A stretch of 63,190 nucleotides of DNA, filler included. It is 9 parts of 9 records of this genome, joined end to end, with 100 filler letters (N's around TTAATTAATTAA, not from the genome) between each part and the next. Parts side by side here need not be neighbours in the genome. Positions count along the whole stretch, not along the records: positions 34,436 to 42,125 come from SRR7504441_7615; positions 42,226 to 47,510 come from SRR7504441_7628; 7 more parts are not named here. The stretch is one strand, 5' to 3'. How positions within the stretch are numbered: the stretch's first letter is position 1; every line of letters starts with the position of its first letter. Below are positions 35,304-46,531 of this stretch, piece by piece. The notes under the pieces are model-generated. The model was not told where the DNA came from, made no database searches, and worked only from the letters and a program-made list of their open reading frames with translations. The position numbers and the translations under genes were made by a program.

Positions 35304-37155
35304 CAAAGTCCGCATCGCTTTGGTTGAAAGGAGCGAACTAGTGCCGGTGCTTATAGACAATGAAAGGCCACCTACACAGGGTGGTCAATCTCAGAACAAG
35401 ATTCAAGTGGACTCGCCTGCGCCACTGAATGTACTGCCGTCTCCCCCACGACAGTCTTGAAATCTCACATTCCGGAAGCTCCGAGAGATGTGAGCTACGC
35501 GTCCGTATCCATCATGTACAGAAAAGCCGCCTGCTCCCCCGAATGATGCATTCTGACCACCGGTACAGTTGATGATTGTTAGATTCGAAACATTCAGGAC
35601 TGTATTCTCAAGTCGATCAGCATAAGAAAATAAAGTTACACCGCCTGCACCAGCTCCCTTGACACCGGATTTTGGAATATTGCTGTCTCCACCAGAAGTG
35701 TCTCTGACAGTCACATTTTGCATCGTATAACTATTGCTGTCGATGTGACTCCTGGTCGACGTGTAGGTATAGAGGTGGAGACCTGTTGCCCGATGCTCCA
35801 TAGGTGTGTGGCACGATACAGCGTGCAGTGGACCTTGCAACCGAAGGGCAGCACATATGCGTGTACCCAGGAACCACTGCACACACAAGTTGCAACATCA
35901 ACGTGATAGGTAAAAGCCTGTTCATCATGGGCATTGGCGCTCAAGTAACCCTGGACTGCCTGGGTCAAGGTCCAGGCTTTATATTCAAGGACGCAGACAC
36001 CATAGTTTTGGATAACTTGCTCATCCGTAGTGCGGTCGCTGGCGCTTTGCAGGCTCTAGACAATGCCCTAGGTGCTGGTGGCATGACTGCACTTGGCATC
36101 AAGAATCTCACTTTGACGCGAACCAGCTTCATCAATTGTAGTGGTGCAGCTGCTGGGGCCATCCTGGCCAGCTCGGTTGTCGACAGCGGCGCCATCAATC
36201 ATATAAGAGAATTCCGTGATGTGTCCGTCCATGATTGCCACCAGGTGTGCTTGTCCTGTGAGGAACCTGCCCGTGCTCCTTTCCAGAGATGTCGCGACTG
36301 TACACACGATTCACAAGGACAGCAATCACTCACTGGCAATTATTACCCAATGATTGCTGGTGGTATTGCCATCGGCTGCTGCGAGCTGCATTGACTGCTG
36401 TCACTGCCCTCGGGGTGCACATGCAACTGACATCCCTCAAACACTGGCAGCGGAGTTGGGGCTTCGGTATAAGTCAACCCACCTCCGCAAGCACAGCACG
36501 CTGTGTTGGCCGTGTACTCGGGCTCTCCATTTGCTGAGGAGTCTCCCCACGTGCATTCATGGCCCGGGACCCAGGAGCTATCTTCGAGCGACTTCTTGTA
36601 ATACCAGGCACAGCTATATTCCTGCCCGTCGCTGTCATGCCACAGGCTTCCATCTGATAAGTTGTAGTTGAAACAGTTTGGAAAGCCTGCCGTCGGGGCG
36701 GACGTCGGGGCCCCAGTGGGAGCGGGCGAATCGTCCGCCCAGCACAGCCGCCACCCGGCGAATTTAGTGAACCGCATGTTGACCCAATCTTCCCCCTGCA
36801 CAGACGGCCTCCAGCTCACTGTGGCCCCTGCGTCCACGGGGGCTCCGAGCGGACCGCAGAACTGGTCATCGTTGTCACCACAGTTCGAGCCGTGGCCCGA
36901 GTAGTCAGTGCCGTCCACTGTAAGCTTGTCTTGCCCGACATACCCGCCCCAGGTGGCGAACTGGGGGCTGCTCACCCAGCCGGCCGCGGACACACTGAAC
37001 TGGCACTGGCTCATGTTATACTTGCCGGGCCAGCCAGGGCTGGTGACGCACTGGGCGCCATCCGCTTGGCACACCGAGCCGGCCGGCAGCACGAACGCCC
37101 CAGCGCGTGCCTCCTGCACCAGGAGCGCGGCCAAGAGCACGAGCTGCATCGCCAT
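35268..37155 (-). pseudogene. Secreted/surface protein (CUB-like + Cys-rich module + right-handed beta-helix/PMP-like repeats) disrupted by internal inversion 35807-36372
   Basis: Signal peptide, CVTSPGWPGKY..GWRLC, WHDSDG..TANTACCACGGG and HVHPEGSD..C..QQP on the - strand. The continuation CGTIQRAV...AGGIA is on the + strand. The gene resumes TYGASGN..NVTVRD..GAGAGG on the - strand. Confidence 0.8.
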
Positions 37156-37264
37156 ACGGCTGTCGGGCCCTGCACCAGGCAGCAGGCGTGTGGACCGCTC
37201 CCCGCCCGCCTTTTCAAGGGATGCCACTGCCAGGGTTGCTTTCCGTTGACTTGTCGTTGACACA

Positions 37265-38312
37265 ATGCTCATCCGGAGGGTCGGGCTGGCAGCAGCAAGC
37301 CGGTGGGCGGGGCGGTCGTACTGGGCGGCGGACGGGATCCCGCTGGACCCGGAGTACGGGATCCCTGCGCTCGGGCTGGGCACCAGGCTGGAGGCCGCCC
37401 TGCCGCAGATCAGCCGGGCGCTGGCGGCCGACGGCTTCTACACGGCCCGCGGCTGGCTGGGCGAGCGGATCTGCGCGGCCATGCGGGCCGACGCGGTCCG
37501 GATGCGGCTGACGGATTCCTGCGGGGATGTCAAGTTCCAGCAGTCGCTCTCGGTAGGGGCCGACGGGGTGCCCTTCCCAAAGACCGGCGTGTTTAGCGCC
37601 GAGCTGGACGGTGCGGCCCTGGAGGCCTTGGAAGACGGTGGGCAGGGCACGAGTGGGACGAGGCGCCTCACCTGCTGGCTTACACTAGAGAGCTGATGCT
37701 GTCCGGGCCTGCCGGGCTGAATCGAGTAGACGGGCGGGGGCTCTCTGCCCGGGTGTACGGGACAAAGCTGGCGGTGGCCGAGGGCGGCGGCTCGCGCTAT
37801 CCGAAGCACGTGGACAATGCGTGCGAGTGCGACGCGTCGGGCCAGTTGATGGACCGGCGGAAGCTGACGGTGATTTACTATCTGAATCCCGAGGTGGGTT
37901 TGGTATGGAGAACGCTGAGTAGTCGGGCAGTTGGATGTTTCAGACGGCGGGCAGCTCCGGCTGTGGGACAAACAGGATCGCCAGGTCGAGATCGATCCGG
38001 GTGGGCGCGCGCATTGGGCCAATCAGTTGACTAGGGTGCCAGTGGGCGACACGGTGGTCATGTTTTGGAGTGATACATGTGTGCATGAAGTGCTGCCGAA
38101 TGTGAATGACCCATCGGCGAGTCTGTGTCCGTTGCGCTGTGGCTGAGCGCGTTGTGGTGCAGGACGCGAGCCGGCATCGGTGGGCTTTGACGGTGTGGAT
38201 GGTCGAGGAAGGTGGTGATGGCGAATCCTTGTGCGATAAAAGTACTGAGGAATGGGCTGCGGTGGAGGCGCACTTCAAAACAGAATCTTCAGGACAAACT
38301 AACTTAGAATGA
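37265..38312 (+). CDS. 2OG-Fe(II) oxygenase, EGL-9/PHD prolyl-hydroxylase-like; probable mitochondrial presequence
   Basis: YPKHVDN, RRKLTVIYYLNP, GGQLRL, FWSD..HEVLP and HRWALTVW. Four introns, two GC-AG (37625-37662, 38117-38162). Confidence 0.85.
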
Positions 38313-38401
38313 CCACCAACCGCACCGATTAAATCTGTACCTACACGTTTATCGTGATTATGGATGTGCTGAAGGCAAACCAAAAGCCGTTGGAGCACAC
38401 G

Positions 38402-40726
38402 ATGCGCCGCAGGCTCTTCTTGTTGGTCGTGCTGGCGGCAGCGGCAAGTGCCGGGGAGCTGCCGGAGCTGGCTGTGACTGGCTCAACGACCGCTGATGCC
38501 CGAGTCTGGCTCAACGGCCGCCAGTGGTTCGCCAACCGACTGGTTTCGCTCAACGTGGCCGGCCGGCTGTACTCCACCGCCCCCGGGGCCGCCCACCCGC
38601 TCCGCTTGCTGGCAAGCACCAACAGCACGGGGGTGGGGCCGTGGGGCAGCTACCAGGCGGTCCAGGCCGTGTGGCTGGCCAACAAGACCCGGATGATCAC
38701 AAAGGTGCTCCTGTACCACGCCGCGGATGCGCTCGTGTTCTCACAAAGCTTTCCGGACGGAGTGAGCAACCCGCCGGGCGGCGACAAGAACGGAGTGCTC
38801 TCTGGCTTCCCGGTGTTTGCACCCGAGACCGTGCCGGGCCCGCAGCGGCTGTGGATGGGGTACAACGGATGGGATTGCGATGAGCAGTACGGCTGCGTCC
38901 ACTCGCAAGCCCAGCGAGTGGCGCTCGGTCAATGGGACAACGGCACTGCCGTGCTGCCGTACGGGCTGGAGGGCAGCGGGCCGCTTGTAGTGATGAACTC
39001 GTCTGGCGAGAGCAGCGTGGTGATCTCGGCGGCTAGCAGCTTTATGGTGGCTAGCCAGCAGTACACAGCTGGCGGCCCGCTCAGCTTTGGCGTGATGGGC
39101 AGCGTGACGGAGATCCCGGCCAACTTCTCGGTCGAGTTTGTGATGGTTGCCGGCCGCGGGCCAAACCATGCCGTCCGGAGGTGGGGCAGCCTGCTCCGGT
39201 CGCGATACAAGAAAAGCAACCCGGAGGGCAAAGACTTGACTACAGCCAAGCTCGGGTACGATACTGATAATGGGGCGTTCTACTATTATAACCCTGAGCC
39301 GGGCAAGACATACGCCCAGACTTTGATGGATGTCAAGGCCGATGCTGAGCAGAAGGGGTTGCCGTTCAGACACGTCCAGCTAGATTCGTGGTGGTACATC
39401 AAAGGAGCCGGCGGTGGCACAAAGACGTGGTCGCCGGGCCCCAATACCTTCCCAGACGGGCTGGCGGTCTTCTCGAACGCCACTGGGTGGAAGATTACGG
39501 CGCATAATAGAATGTGGAGCTCAGAAGTGACCTATGCCAGGCAGAATGGCGGCGATTACCCGTGGCTGATCAACGGTACCGAAGCTGTGCCGACCAGTCA
39601 GGCCTTCTGGAACTGGCTGATGGCCTCCGCCAAGAGCTGGGGGCTGGTTGTGTACGAGCAAGACTGGCTGTTCACAGAATTCGTTGGCAGTCAGCAGCTG
39701 CTCGGATCTGCCGGGTTGGCCCGCGACTGGCTGATGCAGATGGGCCAAGCAGCTGAGGCCAACGGGATAGCAGTGCAGTACTGCATGCTTTGGCCCCGGA
39801 TGGCGCTCCAATCGCTGGAGCTGCCTGCTGTGACCACGGCTCGTGCCTCGACCGACTACGGGGCAGGCAAGAACGACCAGTGGGTGATGGGGCTCTCGTC
39901 TCTCTTCCTAGACTCGCTGGCCCTCCGCCCAACCAAGGACAATTTCTTCAGCACGGACCACCAAGGCAAGGGCAACCCCAAGGGCATTGAGCATTTCAGC
40001 AGACTGCAGTCGCTGGTCTCCACCCTGTCCACAGGCCCGGTTTTCCCGAGCGATGCGATTGGGTGCAGCGACCCAAAGCTGATTATGCGCTCGTGCACCG
40101 AGGACGGTTCTTTGCTCAAGCCTGATCGGGCCGCAACTAATCTGGACAGCAATATTCTGAGCAAAGCTCTCGCTCGGGCCTCCGGGTCTACCGAGCCTGG
40201 GGAGTTGCAGAGCACCACAGCGACTGTCTCTGGTGTGCAGTACTCGCTGCTCCTGGCGGCCAACTCGACAGCGTACAATATGACCCTCGCAGAGCTCATC
40301 CCAGAGGCGGCGAGCGGTGCTCGCTTTGCCGCATTCGAATCAAATAGTACAGGCAGCCTGGAGCTATTTGATTCGACACATCCCATTAGGATCAGAACAA
40401 ACGACAGATGGAGCTTTGAGTTTTGGACCGTCGCACCAGAGCTCGGCCACGGTATGTTCTTTCTAGGGGAACAGGATGAAAAATGGGTGGCTGTGAGCCC
40501 ACAGCGTTTTGTGAGCATTGAAGCCAGCCAGCCGGGCCAGCTGCAGGCCAAGTTTGTTGGCGAGGCTGGAGAACCGGTGCAGCTCGCTTGGGCTTGGACC
40601 GGCACTGGCACTGGTGCTGACATACACAGGCAGTCTGTCATCTGCAAAGTTGGCAGCGATGGCTTTGGCCGTGCGATCCTAAACAACGACGGTTCAAATC
40701 AGTGTATGCAATCGCCGAGCAACTGA
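38402..40726 (+). CDS. Secreted uncharacterised glycoside hydrolase (TIM-barrel, GH27/GH36-clan-like)
   Basis: Intronless; signal peptide; YDTDNGAFYYY, QLDSWWY, AHNRMW, YEQDW, QYCM, ARASTDY and LSTGPV..SD..G. Confidence 0.7.
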   Translation: MRRRLFLLVVLAAAASAGELPELAVTGSTTADARVWLNGRQWFANRLVSLNVAGRLYSTAPGAAHPLRLLASTNSTGVGPWGSYQAVQAVWLANKTRMITKVLLYHAADALVFSQSFPDGVSNPPGGDKNGVLSGFPVFAPETVPGPQRLWMGYNGWDCDEQYGCVHSQAQRVALGQWDNGTAVLPYGLEGSGPLVVMNSSGESSVVISAASSFMVASQQYTAGGPLSFGVMGSVTEIPANFSVEFVMVAGRGPNHAVRRWGSLLRSRYKKSNPEGKDLTTAKLGYDTDNGAFYYYNPEPGKTYAQTLMDVKADAEQKGLPFRHVQLDSWWYIKGAGGGTKTWSPGPNTFPDGLAVFSNATGWKITAHNRMWSSEVTYARQNGGDYPWLINGTEAVPTSQAFWNWLMASAKSWGLVVYEQDWLFTEFVGSQQLLGSAGLARDWLMQMGQAAEANGIAVQYCMLWPRMALQSLELPAVTTARASTDYGAGKNDQWVMGLSSLFLDSLALRPTKDNFFSTDHQGKGNPKGIEHFSRLQSLVSTLSTGPVFPSDAIGCSDPKLIMRSCTEDGSLLKPDRAATNLDSNILSKALARASGSTEPGELQSTTATVSGVQYSLLLAANSTAYNMTLAELIPEAASGARFAAFESNSTGSLELFDSTHPIRIRTNDRWSFEFWTVAPELGHGMFFLGEQDEKWVAVSPQRFVSIEASQPGQLQAKFVGEAGEPVQLAWAWTGTGTGADIHRQSVICKVGSDGFGRAILNNDGSNQCMQSPSN

Positions 40727-40969
40727 AGAGCAATCATGAGCTTGCGGAAGAGATACGGAAGAGATCACTGTAATTCGGAAGTATAGACGCACCCACGGTT
40801 GGACTCGCAAGTAAGTACTTTATATAATAAAACTTGCTACGAGTATCTTGCCCTTCAGCCGGTCGGCTTATAAGACAAGCCATGCCTTGCATGTTTTCAA
40901 TTCATGAGTTTGCGTGTACGAGTATGCACAATCCGAATCATCACCAGCCAATCCAGCTCATCCAACTCA

Positions 40970-41855
40970 TCAAAGACCTGCAATAATGATTCCAACGATG
41001 TCACCGACGGCCTTGCCAGCGCCTTTGAAATCCTGGCCGCGCCAGTCAGCGCTCACTGCCTTGCAGTCGGTGGTGATCTCAGTCCGTTTCTGGAAGATGT
41101 GTACGGCGTCCTCCACCACAACCTTGATCACATCCAGAACGTTCCCGCTGAGTGCTGTAGCGACGTCGTGGATCTTGGCTGCAAAGTCCTTCGCGTCCTT
41201 CACGCAGGTAGCGATCGCTGTCCCAAAGTCCTTCAGCATTGTCCCGATCAACTCGAACGCTTTGACCACGGCTGGAATGGTCTTGTGGTTGAATCCTTCC
41301 TCGAAAAAGTCGACGACCGCCTTGATGTCCCGCGCGGTCTGGTTTCCCCAAACCGGTCAGAGGTCATTCACCGGGCAACAGGCGCACCTGGTTGATGTCG
41401 GCGAGGCAGTCGGCGAACCCGATCTCGGTGCCGAGCCCTTCGGTGAACCCGACGAGAAACTGACCGACCTCCTTGGCAACGGTTGCGGCGGTGGGCGGGG
41501 GAGGCCCACGAACGCAGCTGAAATCGAGGGTGGTCCCCTTGCACACGTAGGTGACTTGTGTGGCGTTGATTGGATCATACAGGATAGATTCGGAGGGGGT
41601 GACGGTCTTGCCCCATACTGCGCTCACCACCGGGACCAAGCTGTCGCCAGCCGAGACATTGCCCATCGAGGTAGTGTCGATGCACTTGCTTTGCCACACC
41701 GGGTAGCTCTTTGTCGAGCCGGAATTGACACCCGAATCCTTGTCCGCCAGCTTCCAGTGGAGCACGAATGCGGCATCGTTGTAAACGCAGACGCTATTGG
41801 CGGTCAGCTCGGAGGCGGCGGCTGATCCAACCAGGAGCAACACTACATGCCACAT
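40970..41855 (-). CDS. Secreted two-domain protein (beta-rich N-domain + amphipathic helical C-domain)
   Basis: Signal peptide MWHVVLLLVG. One GT-AG intron (~41339-41387) joins ORFs 41364-41954 and 40970-41269 in frame. Confidence 0.75.
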
Positions 41856-42482
41856 TGCCTGTTGCGTCGAGCAACGGACGCGTTGCAGCTGCAGCAAGCC
41901 GAAAAATAGAGCTCGAGTGCGACAAGCTTGCACAAAGAATAAGAATAAGGACACTTATCATGAAGTGTTCTAGAAAGGTTTATCAGGCTCACACAGCTCA
42001 CACCTTCAAAGACTCCGAAGACTCCTAGAAGACTCCGCGACTCCGGATCCATCTAAATATGATTCTCATCTTCGCAAATTGAGTCCCGATTGGCGGCGGG
42101 CGGGGGCGTCCGCGCCATTTCCCCTNNNNNNNNNNNNNNNNNNNNNNNNNNNNNNNNNNNNNNNNNNNNTTAATTAATTAANNNNNNNNNNNNNNNNNNN
42201 NNNNNNNNNNNNNNNNNNNNNNNNNAAATCGACAGTCAGAGTGACTGCAGAAGTCATTCAACGGGCGGGGAGAGGATCGCGGTGATCAGCTGCAAATCGG
42301 ATCAACGGAAACACCTGGAGGCAACTTCTCCTCCAGCTCCGGCCAGAGGCGTGTACGCAGCCTGTGGCGTGGGATAAAGCCGCCCTTCTCGAAAGCTGAG
42401 CGCGCTCACCACGGTGTTGCCTGGGCTGGTCCGCACCTACGACAGCCGGTTGGAGGGAAGCGCCCACAAGCCAGCCGCCGCC

Positions 42483-44159
42483 ATGTCCGCCGGCGATGCT
42501 CCACCACGGTTGGAGCAGGAGGCGGAACCGGCTGAGCGCAAACCTGAGAGCGAGTCAGCCGGGGAGGACAGCAGCAGCAGCGCCTTGAGCGACGAGGAGA
42601 CCGTCCCCGCGATGCAGCCAGGCTTTGGCACTGTCGATGACGCCCCCGTTACGACCGCAGACGCGCAGCCACCGGCTGGGGAGGCATCGTCGCTGATGGC
42701 CGCCAAAGAGGCCGTGATTGCGCACACTCGCGCCCGGGCAGCAGAGGTGGCCGTGGCGGTGGCGCGACCACAGCCAGCTGACGCTTCCGGTGGGCCGCTG
42801 GGTGGTGGATGGTCCAACTGTGCTCTGTGTAGGGGCGCGGGCACAGCAAGTGGCCACCTTGCAGGAAATGTTCGCCAAGGGCACTGCGATTGTGTACATC
42901 GAAGCGAGCGACCACAAGGTGACGCGCAGCCCCAGCGCCGCTCAGCGCTGGCTGGCAGGTGTTTGAGGTCGAGTCCCGTGTGGCCTTTGTTTCTCCAGCG
43001 GTGAGCCCCTCCTTGTCCGAATGGCTCTAGCTTCTACGGCTGGCCCTTGCAGCGGTGCTCAGGCAGTGCTGGCAGGTGTGTCGAGGGTTCGATCCGACCA
43101 ACCCGTCCACGCCGATCAAGCTGGCCAACATTTCGTCACACGTGCTCGAGCGGATCCTCGAGTACTGCTGCTTCCACACAGCATCCGGTGCAACCGCCCC
43201 GGCCCGGCCGCTCACTGCAGTCGCCTAGGCCGCTCCGCCAAGGAGAGTCGTGCGTTTGACAAGAGGTTTGCGAAAGTCGATAGGGCGACGATGTGCGAGG
43301 TGTGAGCTGCACAACCCATGCCAGGCCGAGGCGGGGGCTGGCAGCTGGCGTCTGCGGCCTACTACATGGAGCTCGAGCCGTTGATTGATCTGACGTGTAA
43401 GGCGATTGCCTCTTCTATAGATTGGAGCTCTCCAGAGGCGATACGAGATGCGTTTGGGTGGGTTCAGCAGCAGTGTGGGCTGATCTGCTGTGGCAGGCTG
43501 CCGGACGACTTGACAGAGGAGGAGAAACTGGAGCCGATAGCATGTGATGTAGATGACATCCGGACAAAGTAGTTTGCTAGCCGCTGGCCAGTAGCTGATG
43601 TTGGATTGCAGGCAGTATAACAACTTGCTTGCTCGCAAGCGCAAGCAGCTGGCTGATAGCAAGGTGGCGGGCAGCTGCGGATGGCGAGCTGAGCCCGGTG
43701 CAGGCCGGGAGCAACCAGACGAGCGTGCCCCAGGAGGACTCGCGGTCTGTGGATGAGCTGCTTGCTTTCATCGGGGAAGTAGACAACGGTGCACTGCCCA
43801 ATCAGCGCTCCATATTGATTTTGGGGGCAGACGAATCTGGGAAGAAGAAGAAGGGCAAAAAGAAGGGCAAGAAAAAGGGCAAGAGTGAAAAGAGCGGGGA
43901 TGAGCAGGAAGGTGGGCAGCAGTCCGAGCCGGCAGTGCTGTGCAACGAGGACAAGGAAGGGCTAGCGGCGAAGCTAGCAAGCATCACTGTGGACGATATT
44001 GAGGATATCTTCAACGAGTTCGACGACGACGATGACTTGGACCCTGAACTCAAGGCGCAGCAGGAACGCGAACTGGCAGAGTTCTCTTCGCGGCTCGGTC
44101 TTGGGACCCAGGTGGGTGGTGCTGAGCAGGACAAGGAACCGGAACCCTCTGAGATCTAG
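42483..44159 (+). CDS. SKP1-like protein, ASK20/21 type
   Basis: VLERILEYC.FH, LASAAYYMELEPLIDLTCKAIA, LPDDLTEEEKLEP, DSRSVDELLAFI and DLDPELKAQQERELAEF. Nine GT-AG introns. Confidence 0.88.
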
Positions 44160-44600
44160 GCTCACATAGCTTTGAATGCTCACTCGTGCGGGGAGCCGCT
44201 GATTTAAGCCAGCTGATGGGCACCGCGGCGCAGCAGAGTGTTCCGACCAGTAGACCGTCCACCACACATACATGCAGAGTTCACTTTCAATGACACTTAG
44301 TAGTCTAGAGATCTAGATAGGCCACAATTAAATCAAATGAGTAGCAAATCTGCGTCTCAAACACGAATACGTTGTCGACGTGATTCTACTGTTGAATACG
44401 TTTGTTCTAAAGTTGTTTAATGTAACTCCACCACCCGGAGCCGCTACCGTATAACTAATTGTTTACTCAAACTCAATGTGACGATAAATTAATGCAGCAA
44501 GGTGCGTATTCTGTGGCGCATTAGGTGCGCCTTAAATGTGAACTGTATATACGCCGCATCCTAACCGAGCAGCCAGGGCGGATCTTGGCCCTGGCCAGCT

Positions 44601-45117
44601 TTAGCTCACAGCGTCGAGCGCCAGGTGCTGGAGGATATGCGACGCTGGGTCGGACGCATCCAAGTACGGCGTATCAGCCTCCACCTGCTTGCTTTGCCGC
44701 TCCATCTGCCGCTTGCAGCGCGTGCCAGCCTCCCTTTCGCTGCACTCTTCTACGAGCACTTGCAGCGCAACCCTGGACGAGGTGCACCGGGCTCCCGCAA
44801 GCTGCACTACCGCGGCCGCCGTCTCCTCCAGGCACGTCATCTGAGGCGCAGCCAGTCCGCGTTGCTCGGGCAGCAATCCGGGAGCAACGTACAGGGCCAG
44901 TCCAAACCGTGTCGTGTGGAACTGCGCGCAGCCTTCACAGACGTCGAAAGCCGGGGGGTCCTCGAACGCCTTTGGACTGCGTGACGACGGGTGGCGCCGC
45001 TTGCTGTTAGGGCTGGCGCGCATAGCCGGTAGCTTGTTGTTGTGGCTGCCCTTCCTATCTCGGGGGCTGGGGTAGTGCCCACGTCCCTTGCTTGGTCTTG
45101 CCGAAAGCGGAGCCATG
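44601..45117 (-). CDS. Hypothetical protein
   Basis: GC-rich ORF between AT-rich spacers; no recognisable motif; boundaries uncertain. Confidence 0.35.
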
Positions 45118-45371
45118 TTCGATTGGCGGGCGATTTTCGAAGTCGAGCGAGCTTCCAATAAATAAACTCGTGACTCAACTCTACGATTGTACGAGTACGA
45201 GTACGTACAATAACGTTGTACTGTACACGATATATATTAGACATTTCATGAATATGTACCTGGTACCGAATAAAAGGACCAATGTATTTGTTGGACACGC
45301 GTGTGATAAGCGTCTCAGTCTGGTTCTACTCTCGCTCACACCGTACTATTGAACTCTGATTCTTATCCAGC

Positions 45372-46352
45372 TTAGTTCATCTCCCGGGGAGTCTCTAGCA
45401 ACACATCATCGTGCCCGTCCACATGAACCTTGCCAGGCGCGCCTCTGCCCCAGTGCAGGTCTTGGAAGCTGCCGTCGGCCACGGGGAGGCTCGTCATTGC
45501 CACGGGCGGCACCGTCCTGACCGAGCCATCAGCCCCAGAATCACTGCACCCAGCCCACCGAGCAGGAACAGCTGGTGCCGCTAGCTTCTCCGGCGCAGGA
45601 GCAGACCGAGGCAAGTAGGCGCGGTCGGACGCCCGGCCGGTCTTGCAGCCGGGTGCCCGCGGTCCGAGGACTGGGATTGGCTTGGGCAGTGCGCCTGGGC
45701 GGTGATGCTCTGCATAGTGCAGCGGGAACGAGGTCTGGTACTCTGGTCTGGCCCAGGTCTCCTGAGAAGCACGTGAGCGCTGACTGTAACGGCGCGACGC
45801 GAACCGGATGAGGTGCGATGCAGCTCCCTTCGAAGCTAGCAGTCCAGTCTCGGCCCACTGGCAACCCAACCTCCAGTCGCAGCTCGCTTGGACAGCCGCA
45901 CCTACCAGCCGTGGCTCGGTCCCGCGGCGACTGAGCACGCACTGCTCTAGTGTGAGCGCTTGCTCCAGCGGCGCGCCGTCAATCGTGCACAATACCTGCC
46001 GAGTGCACTCAGTGCCCGGGCAACTCTGGGTGCGGACCTGTGGCCAGCGCAGCCGGAGGTCTCTGCACGTGTCTTTGAGCACAGTCCCCACTTGTGTGCT
46101 TCCTGGGTACCCTCGGGTGAAGTAGTGCCGCCCGGAGCGCATCCTGATCTTCAGGGGCGCGCCGACGCCCGGTGCCGGCTGGCTGCTGGACTCTAGCAGC
46201 TGGTATTCGTGCCGCGGGTACTGAGCCTCCCAAGGCAGCGGCCGGACCAGCCCTGAGCACTCGAGTTGGTGCTCCAGACGGCGAGGGCCCGGGACTGGCG
46301 CCGCTGTCCCGCGCTGGTAGGGGATGTTGTTCTGCCGATGCCAGACGTTCAT
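45372..46352 (-). CDS. Hypothetical protein, possible ubiquitin-like domain
   Basis: 326-codon ORF. LKIRMRSG..YPGSTQVGTVLKD..IDGAPLEQALTLEQC resembles a beta-grasp fold. Probably contains in-frame introns. Confidence 0.5.
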   Translation of the reverse strand: MNVWHRQNNIPYQRGTAAPVPGPRRLEHQLECSGLVRPLPWEAQYPRHEYQLLESSSQPAPGVGAPLKIRMRSGRHYFTRGYPGSTQVGTVLKDTCRDLRLRWPQVRTQSCPGTECTRQVLCTIDGAPLEQALTLEQCVLSRRGTEPRLVGAAVQASCDWRLGCQWAETGLLASKGAASHLIRFASRRYSQRSRASQETWARPEYQTSFPLHYAEHHRPGALPKPIPVLGPRAPGCKTGRASDRAYLPRSAPAPEKLAAPAVPARWAGCSDSGADGSVRTVPPVAMTSLPVADGSFQDLHWGRGAPGKVHVDGHDDVLLETPREMN

Positions 46353-46531
46353 TGTGCTCTCTGCAGCTGGTGCCGTTACGATTCGTCCAGGTTATGCATC
46401 ACAGATGCGCATGAAAAAAGGGTCAATTTTAAGTACTTGTAGTAGCGTCGTAGGTACCAAAAGCTTTAGGCCTACTGCTGACATGTGTGGTACCCATGTT
46501 ATTTGACGATCGATTCATCTACAATACAAGG

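Noticed and set aside
35790-36375. CCGATG/CATCGG 6-bp inverted repeat as the inversion crossover site
   Set aside because: Flipping at these repeats leaves both junctions out of frame. Only breakpoints at 35806/7 and 36372/3 restore the protein.
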